A stretch of 64,000 nucleotides of DNA from Bdellovibrionales bacterium (GCA_041690295.1 JAWLHR010000004.1:85019-149018), one strand, 5' to 3'. Shown: positions 1 through 9,367, numbered from the stretch's first letter. Numbers and translations: made by a program. Notes: generated by a model from the letters alone, not told the origin.

Positions 1-1590
1 ATTAGGTGAAGCGAGGCCTGCGCCGGAGAGGGCAATCGGCAATCCATCCGTACAGATACCCACGAGCGTGACACCGGTTTGCGCTTCAGTGTTTTCGGCA
101 GGTCCTGTGATTTGGATGGTCGGGCCGGTTGTGTCCTTAATAAAGTTACGATTGTCGGACCCCGTATTGCCCACGGCATCTGTTTGTGAAGCCACGACAT
201 TTTTTACGCCATCGGCGCCGGCCAAGACGATGTCGACGGTGAATTGTCCATTACTGCACGCCGTGGTGACGGATTGAGCATCGCCGCTAATTTGAACGGG
301 AAGTCCGCTTTCACAGGTCCCGGTTAATTTCAGGCCGTCGCGAGTTTCCGTGTTTTCCGCGGGTCCCGTAATTTTGATAATGGGTGGTGTATTGTCACGA
401 ATGAAGTTTCTTTGGTCGGATCCGGTGTTGCCCGCGGCGTCGGTCTGCGAAGCGATGATGGTTTTTGTTCCGTCACCGGCGGTGAATAAGATGGGAACGG
501 AAAACTGACCGTCGGGACAAGTCGTCGTGTTCGGTGAAGCGAGTCCCGAGCCCGAAAGTTCGACGGGTAAGCCCGGTGTGCAAGTTCCCACGAGAGTTAC
601 GCCTTCGCGCGCCGATGTATTCGGTGCGGGTCCGGTGATTTTGATTTCAGGCGGAATCGTGTCGCGAATCACGTTTCTCTGATCCCAGCCGCGGTTGCCG
701 GCCAGGTCGACTTGATCGGCGACAATGTAAAGGACGGCATTGGAATTGGAAACCTGAATGGTGCCCTTGAACTCGCCGTTCACGCAAGACGTGGTCGCGG
801 CCGCCGCCGTGGCCGTACCCGAGAGTTGAACGGGAAGGCCGGTTTCACAAGTTCCACTGACCTGGAGTGTGGCGTCTTTAATGATGGCGTTCGTCGCGGG
901 CGAAGTGATTCGGACCACGGGCGCCACGGTGTCCAGAATATAATCTTGATCGTCGCTTCCGGTGTTTCCCGCCAAGTCGATTTGTTTGGCCAACATGTTC
1001 TTTGTGCCATCGCCGTTGGTCGCCATGCGAGCGAGGAATTGGCCGTTCTCGCACTTCACGGTGGCGGTTTGATTGGTGCCGATTTCCGTGACGATCACAT
1101 CCAAACCGTCTTCACATTCACCGATCACACTGATGGTTTTATTGTTGGTGTACAACGAAGCCGGTTCGTGAATTTTTACTTTGGGCGGCGTCGTGTCCAT
1201 GAACACGCAAAGTTTGTTGTCGCCCTCGATGCCTTCCTGCTTGACTTCAAAATCTTTGCGTCCGTCACCCGACGTCAGGGTCAATTGTTGTGAGAATCGT
1301 CCGTTTTCACAAGGTGTTGTGATCGTGCCGCTGATGCCGCCACCTTTGATGGTGACGGGAACCGTTCCCTCGCATGTTCCCTCCAGCGTGATTTGCGATT
1401 GAACGAATTGGTCTCGCGGCGGAGCGGTGATCTTCGGGCCGGTCGGGGATTCGGGTTCGCCGATCCCGCAAACCGCTTCTATATATTGTTGGGAACCGGG
1501 TTTAACTTCAAACCCGACTTTGGAGCACGCGGTAAGGGAAATAGAAAACAGCAAAAAACATGAGCGTAAAAAACCCATGCGATTTTTCAT
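1..1590 (-). CDS. Large surface lipoprotein/adhesin with tandem Ig-like repeats (partial, runs off left edge)
   Basis: Not in ORF track because it has no stop in the window. ATG at 1590 with GGGGG SD; MKNRMGFFTLMFFAVFYFLTAC lipobox; still in frame at position 1. Repeats of about 87-89 aa: DxxPPxIKITGPAxNT...GTC..G.PV...C..GQF...GDG.K...SQTDAAGNTGSDxRNF. Confidence 0.85.
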   Translation of the reverse strand, partial: MKNRMGFLRSCFLLFSISLTACSKVGFEVKPGSQQYIEAVCGIGEPESPTGPKITAPPRDQFVQSQITLEGTCEGTVPVTIKGGGISGTITTPCENGRFSQQLTLTSGDGRKDFEVKQEGIEGDNKLCVFMDTTPPKVKIHEPASLYTNNKTISVIGECEDGLDVIVTEIGTNQTATVKCENGQFLARMATNGDGTKNMLAKQIDLAGNTGSDDQDYILDTVAPVVRITSPATNAIIKDATLQVSGTCETGLPVQLSGTATAAAATTSCVNGEFKGTIQVSNSNAVLYIVADQVDLAGNRGWDQRNVIRDTIPPEIKITGPAPNTSAREGVTLVGTCTPGLPVELSGSGLASPNTTTCPDGQFSVPILFTAGDGTKTIIASQTDAAGNTGSDQRNFIRDNTPPIIKITGPAENTETRDGLKLTGTCESGLPVQISGDAQSVTTACSNGQFTVDIVLAGADGVKNVVASQTDAVGNTGSDNRNFIKDTTGPTIQITGPAENTEAQTGVTLVGICTDGLPIALSGAGLASPN

Positions 1591-1638
1591 GATTTCCCCC
1601 ACAGCTAAGCCCCCCAAGTTGTATTCAACCTGGACTAA

Positions 1639-1654
1639 GGCAAGGTCGGTGCCT
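1639..1654 (-). promoter_or_regulatory. Sigma54-type -24/-12 promoter motif
   Basis: AGGCACCGACCTTGCC (GG-N10-GC) upstream of the Ig-repeat gene. Confidence 0.6.
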
Positions 1655-1790
1655 ATAGCGACGCGTCATTTATTTAACACGAGAGTTGAAACCGCTGGGG
1701 TTTTTAGACTTCGGTCCAGATTGAGATCGCGAAAATCGTAAAACTCGATCGCAATGTTTAAGCGTCAGCCAGATTTTGAGAACTGCCCCA

Positions 1791-2687
1791 CTAGCCTGCA
1801 GCTAAAGGCCCAGCCCGAATCATATTATTGTGATAAACCGCATAGATGGCGAGATGAAGGCGCAATCTATGAGGAATTTTCGTTGTGCACCAGGTCTTCC
1901 GCACTAGCCTATTGATATTGGCTCGAAGCATCGCACACGTGTGATTCAAACTAAAAAGCGGATCAAATCGGATCTTCTTCAATTCCCCCTGTCCGACAAT
2001 CGAACCTCTTTGCCCTTTAAAGCGCTCATGTGGGTTTAAAGGAAAGTGACGCCTTAGAATTTCTGGATACATTGGATTCTGATCCGATTTGAATTGCACA
2101 TCAGGTGCGGTGAGTGGCTTTAAACTCTCACAAAGTTCACTCAATGCTTTCGGCCTGAAGTCTGGTCTTGGGCCATATTTCTTTCGAGAAATGCGGGCGA
2201 GCTTTCCTTTGGCCGGCATCTGGGCCACTTGGAAGGCCAAGATTCTTCTGGTCTTTGATTCAACGGCTAGTGGAACGGAGAGCGGTTTACATTTCGTATG
2301 TTCAAATGTCTCAAGTTCGTCGAATTCAACGACGGTAGCCGGCGGACAACTATGATTTTGACGTTCAAGCTCATGCACTGCTTTTTGGCCCAGAAAAAGA
2401 AACTTTCGTTCAACCGTGGTTCGGGAAATGTGAAGCAGTTTTGCGATTCGGCGCTGGGAAACGCTTGAAGCTAAAAGTTTGTTGATGCGGTGATTGAGGT
2501 GGCGCTTTTTTTGCCTAAAGCAGGGGTGAAAGGTGGCATAAGAAAAGTATCTAGAGCAGCTAACGCAATAAAATCTTCGCACTCTTTTTCCGTCGGAGGT
2601 TCGGCGGAAAAATCCGGCTTTAAGAATACGCATCCGGCGATCGGACAATTCTTGTGATGAATGACAATAGGGGCAGTTTGGTCGCAT
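1791..2687 (-). CDS. IS1-like transposase (Zn ribbon, HTH, RNase H-fold catalytic domain)
   Basis: CPYC...CVSC zinc ribbon; SQRRIAKLLHISRTTVER HTH; EFDELET and KSDQNPMY acidic motifs; LRANINRLVRKT resembles the IS1 InsB C-terminus. Confidence 0.85.
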   Translation of the reverse strand: MRPNCPYCHSSQELSDRRMRILKAGFFRRTSDGKRVRRFYCVSCSRYFSYATFHPCFRQKKRHLNHRINKLLASSVSQRRIAKLLHISRTTVERKFLFLGQKAVHELERQNHSCPPATVVEFDELETFEHTKCKPLSVPLAVESKTRRILAFQVAQMPAKGKLARISRKKYGPRPDFRPKALSELCESLKPLTAPDVQFKSDQNPMYPEILRRHFPLNPHERFKGQRGSIVGQGELKKIRFDPLFSLNHTCAMLRANINRLVRKTWCTTKIPHRLRLHLAIYAVYHNNMIRAGPLAAG

Positions 2688-2701
2688 GCCCTGTGGTTAA
2701 G

Positions 2702-2717
2702 GGCAAATTTCTCGCCA
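2702..2717 (-). promoter_or_regulatory. Sigma54-type promoter motif inside IS copy 1, upstream of the transposase
   Basis: TGGCGAGAAATTTGCC; GC lies 15 nt before the ATG; motif retained in copy 2. Confidence 0.6.
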
Positions 2718-2747
2718 TTATTTTCTGCAGGCTAATGGGGCAGTTCT

Positions 2748-3797
2748 TTATTGTTTCGTCGGGGTCTCGGGCATGTTCCAAGCTTTGAGAAAACGACTTA
2801 GATCCAGCGACCGGTAATCCTGTGTTGTGAGAGGTTTCGCATCGTCCGAATCATATTGAGAGACCGAGTAGACGACTTTTTTAGTGAAGCGGTCGATCAT
2901 GTGATAGATGCTTTTCTGATGGGAAATCAAAATCGTTTTTGAATCCAACTCCTGAACTCCGCCGCAATTTTTTGAGTAGAAAAGCTGAAGCGGGGAGCCT
3001 GTGAAGCGAAAAAGGAGTTTTCCCGTCTTGGGGTCGACTTCATCAACGGAAGAGTAGGGACCTCCTTCGGACGGCGGCAAACTCTCATTGCTGAAAAGCA
3101 GGATCGTACCCCGTTTGGTGACCTGGGCATCGTGCGTGAGCTTTGATTTTTTGAAAAGGATGCGGAGGAGGACTTTGCTGAGATCGGGCGTGAGAATGTA
3201 CGCGTTCGCCCCCACTTCGTTGACGATGATGTTACCGGGCTTGAAAATGGGATCGCCGGGATAGCGGCTGTTCTCCGGAATCTCGTGTATGCTGTTAAAA
3301 TGGCTGAGTTCCCATTTGGATTCAATTCCGCCCGCCACGTTGGCCGTCCAGTAGGTGGGCATCGGCGAGCGTTCTTCGCCGATGACGGACAGGTTCTGAC
3401 GATGAAGGATCTTCCCCTTCAAATCGATCTTTAGAAATACGTCCTGGCGTATGTTTTTTTCGCCTTGTTGAACGAACTCCGAGGAAAGCGCGAGAAAACT
3501 TTTGCGTTGATCGCTCCAATTCAATTGGTGATGAAAATGTCCCGGAATCGACCAAACCACGCTTTGATTCTTGTCGTACATCTTGAGGCCGTGATCTCCT
3601 CCGGAGATGAAGCGGCCATCATCAAGAAACAAACAATATCTTCCGGGAAAACGTTTGATCAGAGTGCCGTCCAGACTCAGGATGTCGCAGTGTCGAACGA
3701 TATGCCGGCTTCGCCAATCCGCGGCGGCCGAATGACTCACTAAAGGCAAAGACGCGAAACAAAGTGAAAACCAAACCAGCTTCATCACCAACTTCAT
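2748..3797 (-). CDS. Secreted aryl-sulfate sulfotransferase-like beta-propeller protein
   Basis: Signal peptide; HFHHQ, LSHFNSIHEIPEN, THDAQ and FYSKNCGGVQEL motifs typical of ASST-like proteins. Confidence 0.6.
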   Translation of the reverse strand: MKLVMKLVWFSLCFASLPLVSHSAAADWRSRHIVRHCDILSLDGTLIKRFPGRYCLFLDDGRFISGGDHGLKMYDKNQSVVWSIPGHFHHQLNWSDQRKSFLALSSEFVQQGEKNIRQDVFLKIDLKGKILHRQNLSVIGEERSPMPTYWTANVAGGIESKWELSHFNSIHEIPENSRYPGDPIFKPGNIIVNEVGANAYILTPDLSKVLLRILFKKSKLTHDAQVTKRGTILLFSNESLPPSEGGPYSSVDEVDPKTGKLLFRFTGSPLQLFYSKNCGGVQELDSKTILISHQKSIYHMIDRFTKKVVYSVSQYDSDDAKPLTTQDYRSLDLSRFLKAWNMPETPTKQ

Positions 3798-3843
3798 GCC
3801 CTACATGAATAATGGTGAATGGCCGGGAATAGTGAATCAAGCT

Positions 3844-4548
3844 TTATGCTTCATCGATGCGCCGGATAATTCGCAGAATGGGTTGCCGGCGATTGGCCAA
3901 CTCACAAGTGAGTTTGGTTGTCGTCTTCGGACGGCCGATCGGTTCACACGAACGACCGAATCCGAACCAACCGATGCAGCATTCATATTTCTGCGTCTTT
4001 CTGGTCGTGACATCGATTTGAATGGACTCAAGCGGTGAGAAGCCGACTTCAACGCCGTTGACGACCTTTCCGATCTTCACCAGGTATTCGGCTTTGCCCA
4101 TGCGAATCGGGGCGAGTGTATAAAAGTTCAGGTACTTCGGAACTTTCAAGGTGCATTGAGTGCCATCGGCCGAGTTGTAGTAGGCTTTGCGGACCGACGC
4201 GACCTTGGTTTCAATTTCCACGACGTCGATTTCGGAAACGCCGCGAGGAAAATTCACCTTGCGCGTGTCGATCAAAAGGCCGCGTCCGTATTTAACCAGG
4301 TCCTGCAAATCAATGGTCATATAATCGGTCATGACCTTGATCACCTGTCCGTCATTGGTGCGGAGCCAGAAGTCCTCGATCGTGACAACCGTGTTGATGA
4401 TATTGCCATAGACTTGATGGTAGTTCGCCGGACCCGAACGATACTCGCTGATCACTTTGGTTTTATATTCGCTCCACGTTGCGGACGCGCTGGCCGACGA
4501 CAATATAATTGCCAAGCAACCAACCCATTTTGAAAACACGTTCATCAT
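3844..4548 (-). CDS. Secreted hypothetical protein (weak DUF4382-like resemblance)
   Basis: Start reassigned to ATG 4548 (GGGAG SD); signal peptide ending SASASA; beta-rich; VVTIEDFWL...TIDLQDL. Confidence 0.6.
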   Translation of the reverse strand: MMNVFSKWVGCLAIILSSASASATWSEYKTKVISEYRSGPANYHQVYGNIINTVVTIEDFWLRTNDGQVIKVMTDYMTIDLQDLVKYGRGLLIDTRKVNFPRGVSEIDVVEIETKVASVRKAYYNSADGTQCTLKVPKYLNFYTLAPIRMGKAEYLVKIGKVVNGVEVGFSPLESIQIDVTTRKTQKYECCIGWFGFGRSCEPIGRPKTTTKLTCELANRRQPILRIIRRIDEA

Positions 4549-4703
4549 GACGGCACTCCCTATGGAGCTGCAGTGTTGTAATTCGGTTCTGCAGCGGATC
4601 CCGCGAATGCCCTTGCAGTATTTACACCAATGTAAGTTATTGATTTTTGATCGGAACATAACGACCTGGCACCGAAATTTGCCAGTTCCGGTGACGAGAA
4701 TTG

Positions 4704-5210
4704 TTACTCGATGCGAATTTTCGGCGGAGATTCACAGACAGGATCGGCCCGATCCGCGTTCTTTCCCTGAATATGGGTTTCAACCAGGAGCAATTCTTTA
4801 CGGCAGAACGTGACTTGGGTCATGGAAACTCGGGCTCTTTGGCCGCATTCGCCCGGGTTTCCAGCATCGTCCACGGTTAAGCGGGCTTTGAAAAACTCGC
4901 GATCCGATTGGGTTTGGATGTCATGCACTTGATTTCTCGCCAGGCAGTCTTCGGAATACTGAGGGATGCCGAAATAGGGATCATAGGATTGAGTGAGTAG
5001 GGACAAAAGAAACTGCCTGCGGTTGGCCACAAGCGATCGACCTTCGGAGTCGGTTTTCACCGTTAAGACTTGGTAACGGAGCGAATCGATGCCGGGCGCG
5101 GGCGCGGATTCGGTGATGTGCCGGGCTGAGATCTTAAGCGGTATTTCCGACAGCGTACCCCGGCAGGACAAGAGCGAAAAGGCGAAGACCACCAATAAAA
5201 GCGGCTTCAT
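4704..5210 (-). CDS. Hypothetical lipoprotein
   Basis: MKPLLLVVFAFSLLSC lipobox; ATGA overlap with the upstream cytochrome gene. Confidence 0.7.
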   Translation of the reverse strand: MKPLLLVVFAFSLLSCRGTLSEIPLKISARHITESAPAPGIDSLRYQVLTVKTDSEGRSLVANRRQFLLSLLTQSYDPYFGIPQYSEDCLARNQVHDIQTQSDREFFKARLTVDDAGNPGECGQRARVSMTQVTFCRKELLLVETHIQGKNADRADPVCESPPKIRIE

Positions 5211-6088
5211 GGATTGCAATACTCCAGCTTCTGCAATTTTGGTTCTTTGCCTAAAAGTGTGGAAACCGCCAAGAATGAGCGCCCCGCCGGGCAGCCGGGC
5301 CTCTTCACTGGTGTGACAAACGAAAACCTTCGCTCATCCTGGGATAAAAGAATGGCCGCGGTTCGGTGTGATCTGGATTCGATTTCCAGAACCGGTCGAA
5401 TTTCATCCAGTGTTCCTTGAAATAAATTCTGGCGAAGTGAGGAATTGGTCACGGTCCGGACACGTTTTACGTCTTTCGCTAAATAATCTCTGACCGCGGC
5501 TGGCAAACGCTTGGCGTCCAACCAGGTGAACTCGACCGTTTGGGTTTTTCCGGCGCCGGATGAAACGGAAATTTCAAACGGACGGGCGTAATTGGCCAAA
5601 TGAAATGGTTGAGAGAAAACCTGGCCACGATTTGAGGCGATTTGGTGACACGCATAGCATGCGATCGCGGAGGTTCTCGGTTCTTCGGGAAAAGTTTTTC
5701 CTTTGGCGTCAAACAGGGCGTATCCCCAGCCACCGGTCTCAGCGTACTTCTTCTGGTCTCGAACCATGAACTGGTAGCGTCGAGCTCCGCTCGGAACCAC
5801 GGAGCTTGGGAACTGCGGGTCTTCATGGGTTCGCACACCGATTTTTCCGAAGACAGCGCCATCGGGAAAATCAATTGAGCCCGCACTTAATGTTTCCCAC
5901 GCTTTATCATTGGCGTAGGTCCAACGCATTTCTTGAGTGTCTTTCCGGTAACGGATTGTGACGAGCTTCCAATCGCGCTCAAATTGCTGGAAATTTTGAA
6001 AACGGATGTCATTCATGACATCCCGGCCGGACCATTCAGTGGCCAAGACGGGCTGGCAGAGCAGGAACGAGAGGAGAATCAACGCCAT
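5207..6088 (-). CDS. Cytochrome P460/c'-beta family protein with C-terminal extension
   Basis: Signal peptide; YAN..A, FPDGAVFGK, MVRD...TGGWGYALF and CYACH heme motif. Confidence 0.8.
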   Translation of the reverse strand: MALILLSFLLCQPVLATEWSGRDVMNDIRFQNFQQFERDWKLVTIRYRKDTQEMRWTYANDKAWETLSAGSIDFPDGAVFGKIGVRTHEDPQFPSSVVPSGARRYQFMVRDQKKYAETGGWGYALFDAKGKTFPEEPRTSAIACYACHQIASNRGQVFSQPFHLANYARPFEISVSSGAGKTQTVEFTWLDAKRLPAAVRDYLAKDVKRVRTVTNSSLRQNLFQGTLDEIRPVLEIESRSHRTAAILLSQDERRFSFVTPVKRPGCPAGRSFLAVSTLLGKEPKLQKLEYCNP

Positions 6089-6204
6089 TTAGTCATATTC
6101 AAACAGAAATGTGCCACTGGAGCAACTAAACTTAATGTCGATTGAGTTGAGAATCGGCGGAGTTTAAATTCTAATAAACAAAGGACATCAAGATGGGGGC
6201 GCAA

Positions 6205-7467
6205 ATGAAGAAGCTGGTATTCACGACAATCACATCGATCCTTTTCATCTCTTGCGCCAGAGCGCCGATCAAGGATCGAGCCCAGGCCATGCGACCGGCT
6301 CCCATGCCCGAATTTCAAGATGATTTGGGAATGAGTTCCCTGATCAGCGCGCTTGAGGCCAATATCCGCTTTCTTAAGGAGAAGCCCGAGGCGCCCGCGC
6401 AATTTGGATTTGGACCGAGGGTGGTGGAAAAGAGCGAATACATCGCCGCACTCGAAACTCTTTTGAGCGAGGCCAAGGATGATCCGACGGGCGCTCGTTT
6501 TCATCAGGCACTGAAGAACAACTTCGAAACCTTTGAAGTTTATGGTCGTGAGCGGTGGGGTGAAGTCCTGATCACTTCCTATTTTGAACCTGTGATACCA
6601 GGCTCGAAGAAGCGCACCAAGGAATTCAGTCAACCGATTTATGCGCGGCCGAAGGACATGGTGGAAATTGATTTAACTTCGTTTTACGCCGTTCGTCCCG
6701 AGTTGGCGCAAATGAATAAGAAACCTCTGGAACAGAGGACACGCGGGCAAATCCTGCGCGGGATTTGGCGGGAGCCGGCCTCGACACAGGAAATGCCACG
6801 GATCGTGGCCTATCCGGATCGCGCGGGAATCGATACGGGTTCGATCAAGGCCGAGGTTTTGGCTTATGTTCATCCCATCGACGCGTTCATTTTGGAAATT
6901 CAAGGATCCGGCGTGGTGAAGCTTCCGAACGGCAAAGAGTTGAAAGTCGGCTATTCCGCCCAGAACGGACATCCTTACGTTCCGATAGGGAAACATCTCT
7001 TTGATGTCATTCCAAAGGAGAAAATGAGTTTGTGGGCGATTGAGAATCATCTGCGCTCGCTGCCCATGGAAGAGGCCCGAAAGCTGATGCAGCTGAATCC
7101 GAGCTATGTGTTCTTTAGACCTTTGGAGTCTCGAGGCGTGACCTATTCGGGAATGGAACTGATCGACGGACGCACGATCGCCACCGATTACGCCTACTTT
7201 CCCAAAGGCGCCTTGGCGTTTTTGGAATTTGAAAAACCGGAGTTTGCCGACGAGAAGGCCATTGAACCCTCAAGCTGGACGCGCGCGTCCCGGTTTGTCT
7301 TTGATCACGACACCGGCGGCGCCATTCGCGGACCTGGACGGGTGGACTTGTTCACGGGACGGGGAGCATTGGCGAAGCAAACCGCTTCGGTCATGAAGAA
7401 TCCCGGCCGGCTTTATTACCTTGTGCCCAAAGCGGGCACTGTGGAACAACTTCGGGCACAAAAATAA
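6205..7467 (+). CDS. mltA: Membrane-bound lytic murein transglycosylase A
   Basis: Lipobox LFISC; TSYFEP, LEIQGSG, NGHPY, NPSYVFF, DTGGAIRGPGRVDLFTG (3D domain). Confidence 0.92.
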   Translation: MKKLVFTTITSILFISCARAPIKDRAQAMRPAPMPEFQDDLGMSSLISALEANIRFLKEKPEAPAQFGFGPRVVEKSEYIAALETLLSEAKDDPTGARFHQALKNNFETFEVYGRERWGEVLITSYFEPVIPGSKKRTKEFSQPIYARPKDMVEIDLTSFYAVRPELAQMNKKPLEQRTRGQILRGIWREPASTQEMPRIVAYPDRAGIDTGSIKAEVLAYVHPIDAFILEIQGSGVVKLPNGKELKVGYSAQNGHPYVPIGKHLFDVIPKEKMSLWAIENHLRSLPMEEARKLMQLNPSYVFFRPLESRGVTYSGMELIDGRTIATDYAYFPKGALAFLEFEKPEFADEKAIEPSSWTRASRFVFDHDTGGAIRGPGRVDLFTGRGALAKQTASVMKNPGRLYYLVPKAGTVEQLRAQK

Positions 7468-7497
7468 CGGGAAACACACGTATAATTCAGAGGCTCA

Positions 7498-7513
7498 TGG
7501 CATCGGGCTTGCT
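7498..7513 (+). promoter_or_regulatory. Sigma54-type promoter motif
   Basis: TGGCATCGGGCTTGCT; GC lies 15 nt before ATG 7528. Confidence 0.65.
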
Positions 7514-7527
7514 TCGTGAGCTGGTTG

Positions 7528-8058
7528 ATGAAAAATCTGGTGGCTCTCTTAGCTCTTATTGTGTCCTCTTCATCAACTTTTGGATTAGTGCTTGATCAAC
7601 CCTTGTTAACGCCCAATCGGCCCAAGCCCGCGCGGCCTCAGGTTCAACATCCTCAATATCAGCCTCAACCTCAAGGTCCTTGTGCGGTGGGACAGGGCGC
7701 GGCCCGCGAGGTTTGTGAACTCGTCAACCAAATCAGGCAGAGTCAGGGACTTCATGCGCTGGTTCTGGATCCAGTGATGAATCAGGTGGCGTTACGTTAT
7801 GCCCAGGAAATGTATTCCACGGGAAATTTCAGTCACACCGGTGTGCGTGGCGATCGGCCCACCGATCGGTTGCGAGCGGGTGGAGTCAGATTTCGGATGG
7901 CGGCGGAAAATATCGCCATGAATTCCCGAGGCGCCCGCGCCGTGGTGACGGGATGGTGGAATTCGGATGGGCATCGCCGGAACATGTTGAGCCCCCGCGC
8001 CCGCCGGCACGGCATCGGTGAGTATGGCCGTTACTGGGTCCATGTCTTCGCGGATTAA
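7528..8058 (+). CDS. Secreted CAP/SCP domain protein
   Basis: Signal peptide, P/Q-rich linker, LVNQIR, FSHTG, AENIA, WWNSDGHRRNML. Confidence 0.88.
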   Translation: MKNLVALLALIVSSSSTFGLVLDQPLLTPNRPKPARPQVQHPQYQPQPQGPCAVGQGAAREVCELVNQIRQSQGLHALVLDPVMNQVALRYAQEMYSTGNFSHTGVRGDRPTDRLRAGGVRFRMAAENIAMNSRGARAVVTGWWNSDGHRRNMLSPRARRHGIGEYGRYWVHVFAD

Positions 8059-8059
8059 G

Positions 8060-9367
8060 TTATCTCGTGTACTCTTTTTCCAGATCTTCACCGAGATCGC
8101 GGCGCAGAGTTAAGATTAATCGGTTATAGGCGAATTGTGTAGACGTGAACTGTCGTTCAGCATCATATCGCGTGCGTTGGATGTTCAGAACGTCATTGGC
8201 CGAGATCAAACCGTTTCGATAATCTCTCAGCGCGGTTTCATAGGCGGTTTGCAAGGTGGTCGCGGATTCCTGGGTGAGCTTGAGGCGTTGAAATTCCCGA
8301 TCCAAAGCGGCCACGGTTTTCGCCAAACTTTTGCGTAGGTCCATTTGCTTGATCGCCAGGTCTCTTTCTTTCTGCAGCAGTTGTTCGCGATACTGATCCG
8401 ACTCGGCGAACGAACTCAGCCCAGAAAAAAGAGGAATTTTTAAATTCAAAGTGAGTGCATAGGCTTCGGAATTATCTTTAAACCAATCCATCCGGTCTCG
8501 GGCATCGTATCCATAGGAGCCGACCACGGAAAGCTTCGGCCGGTGATTAATCATTTTGACCTTGTTTTCATTCTTCAAACTTTCCACTTCCAACCGAGCC
8601 GCGCGGATTTCGGGATTCTGCAGAACCGCTTTTTGATAGAGTTTCTCCGCGGTCAGAGGTTCATACTTCGCGGTCTTAATTTCGGTTTCCAGTTGGACGT
8701 TGGATTCGGTCAATCCTAAGAGGCGAACCAAATCTTGCCGGTTTTGTTCCATCTGGCTTTCGGACGCCAGCACCTGGGCTTCGCTCAGCTTATAACTCGA
8801 CTCCGCCTGAAGATAATCGATGCGCTTGCTTCGTCCGATGGAAGCGTATCGACGCGTGATATTCGCATAACCTTTCAAAATGCGCTGGTTGTTGCGGGCA
8901 TGGCTGAGAAGAATCTGGGCCTCGGCCGCCCGGTAATAGGCATCGATGATGTCATAAATATAGTTCTGCTTTACGGCGAAAAGGTTTTGCGAAGCCGCTT
9001 CCTTTTTCGTCTCGGCGGCCGAGATGCCCGCCCAAATCACGCCGCCTTGATAGAGCGGTTGTTCCAAATCCAGGCGGGCGCGATAGGTGTCCGAGACTCC
9101 GCTACCGGTTTGATTGGTTGAATTGGCCAGCGAGCGCTTTTCCGTTCCACCGGCCGCGTTTAAATCCAGGGTGGGAAAAACTTTGGATCGGGCCTGACGA
9201 TAAGCCTGGTCGGCCTCGCGCTTTTTGGATTCCGCTTTCTTGATTTCCAGACTGAATTCCAAGCCTTTTCGAATCGACTGCGGGATGCTGAGCGATGTGG
9301 TCGCGGCTTGAACATTAAGGGATGACGCCAAAACGACACAGAGTTGTAAAATCATGATGGCCCTCAT
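8060..9367 (-). CDS. TolC family outer membrane efflux protein
   Basis: Signal peptide; FPTLDL, LEQPLYQGG, NPEI, LKIPLFSG, YRNGL repeat architecture. Confidence 0.88.
   Translation of the reverse strand: MRAIMILQLCVVLASSLNVQAATTSLSIPQSIRKGLEFSLEIKKAESKKREADQAYRQARSKVFPTLDLNAAGGTEKRSLANSTNQTGSGVSDTYRARLDLEQPLYQGGVIWAGISAAETKKEAASQNLFAVKQNYIYDIIDAYYRAAEAQILLSHARNNQRILKGYANITRRYASIGRSKRIDYLQAESSYKLSEAQVLASESQMEQNRQDLVRLLGLTESNVQLETEIKTAKYEPLTAEKLYQKAVLQNPEIRAARLEVESLKNENKVKMINHRPKLSVVGSYGYDARDRMDWFKDNSEAYALTLNLKIPLFSGLSSFAESDQYREQLLQKERDLAIKQMDLRKSLAKTVAALDREFQRLKLTQESATTLQTAYETALRDYRNGLISANDVLNIQRTRYDAERQFTSTQFAYNRLILTLRRDLGEDLEKEYTR

Larger units (their letters stand above)
1779..2747 (-). 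mobile_element. IS1-like insertion sequence, copy 1 (969 bp)
   Basis: 23-bp terminal inverted repeats AGAACTGCCCCA(C/T)TAGCCTGCAG at 1779-1801 and 2725-2747 (1 mismatch) enclose a single transposase ORF; second copy at 47476-48444. Confidence 0.9.

Noticed and set aside
4666..4685. Sigma54 motif in CTGGCACCGAAATTTGCCAG
   Set aside because: GG-to-GC spacing is 11, not 10, on both strands; only a 6-bp inverted repeat
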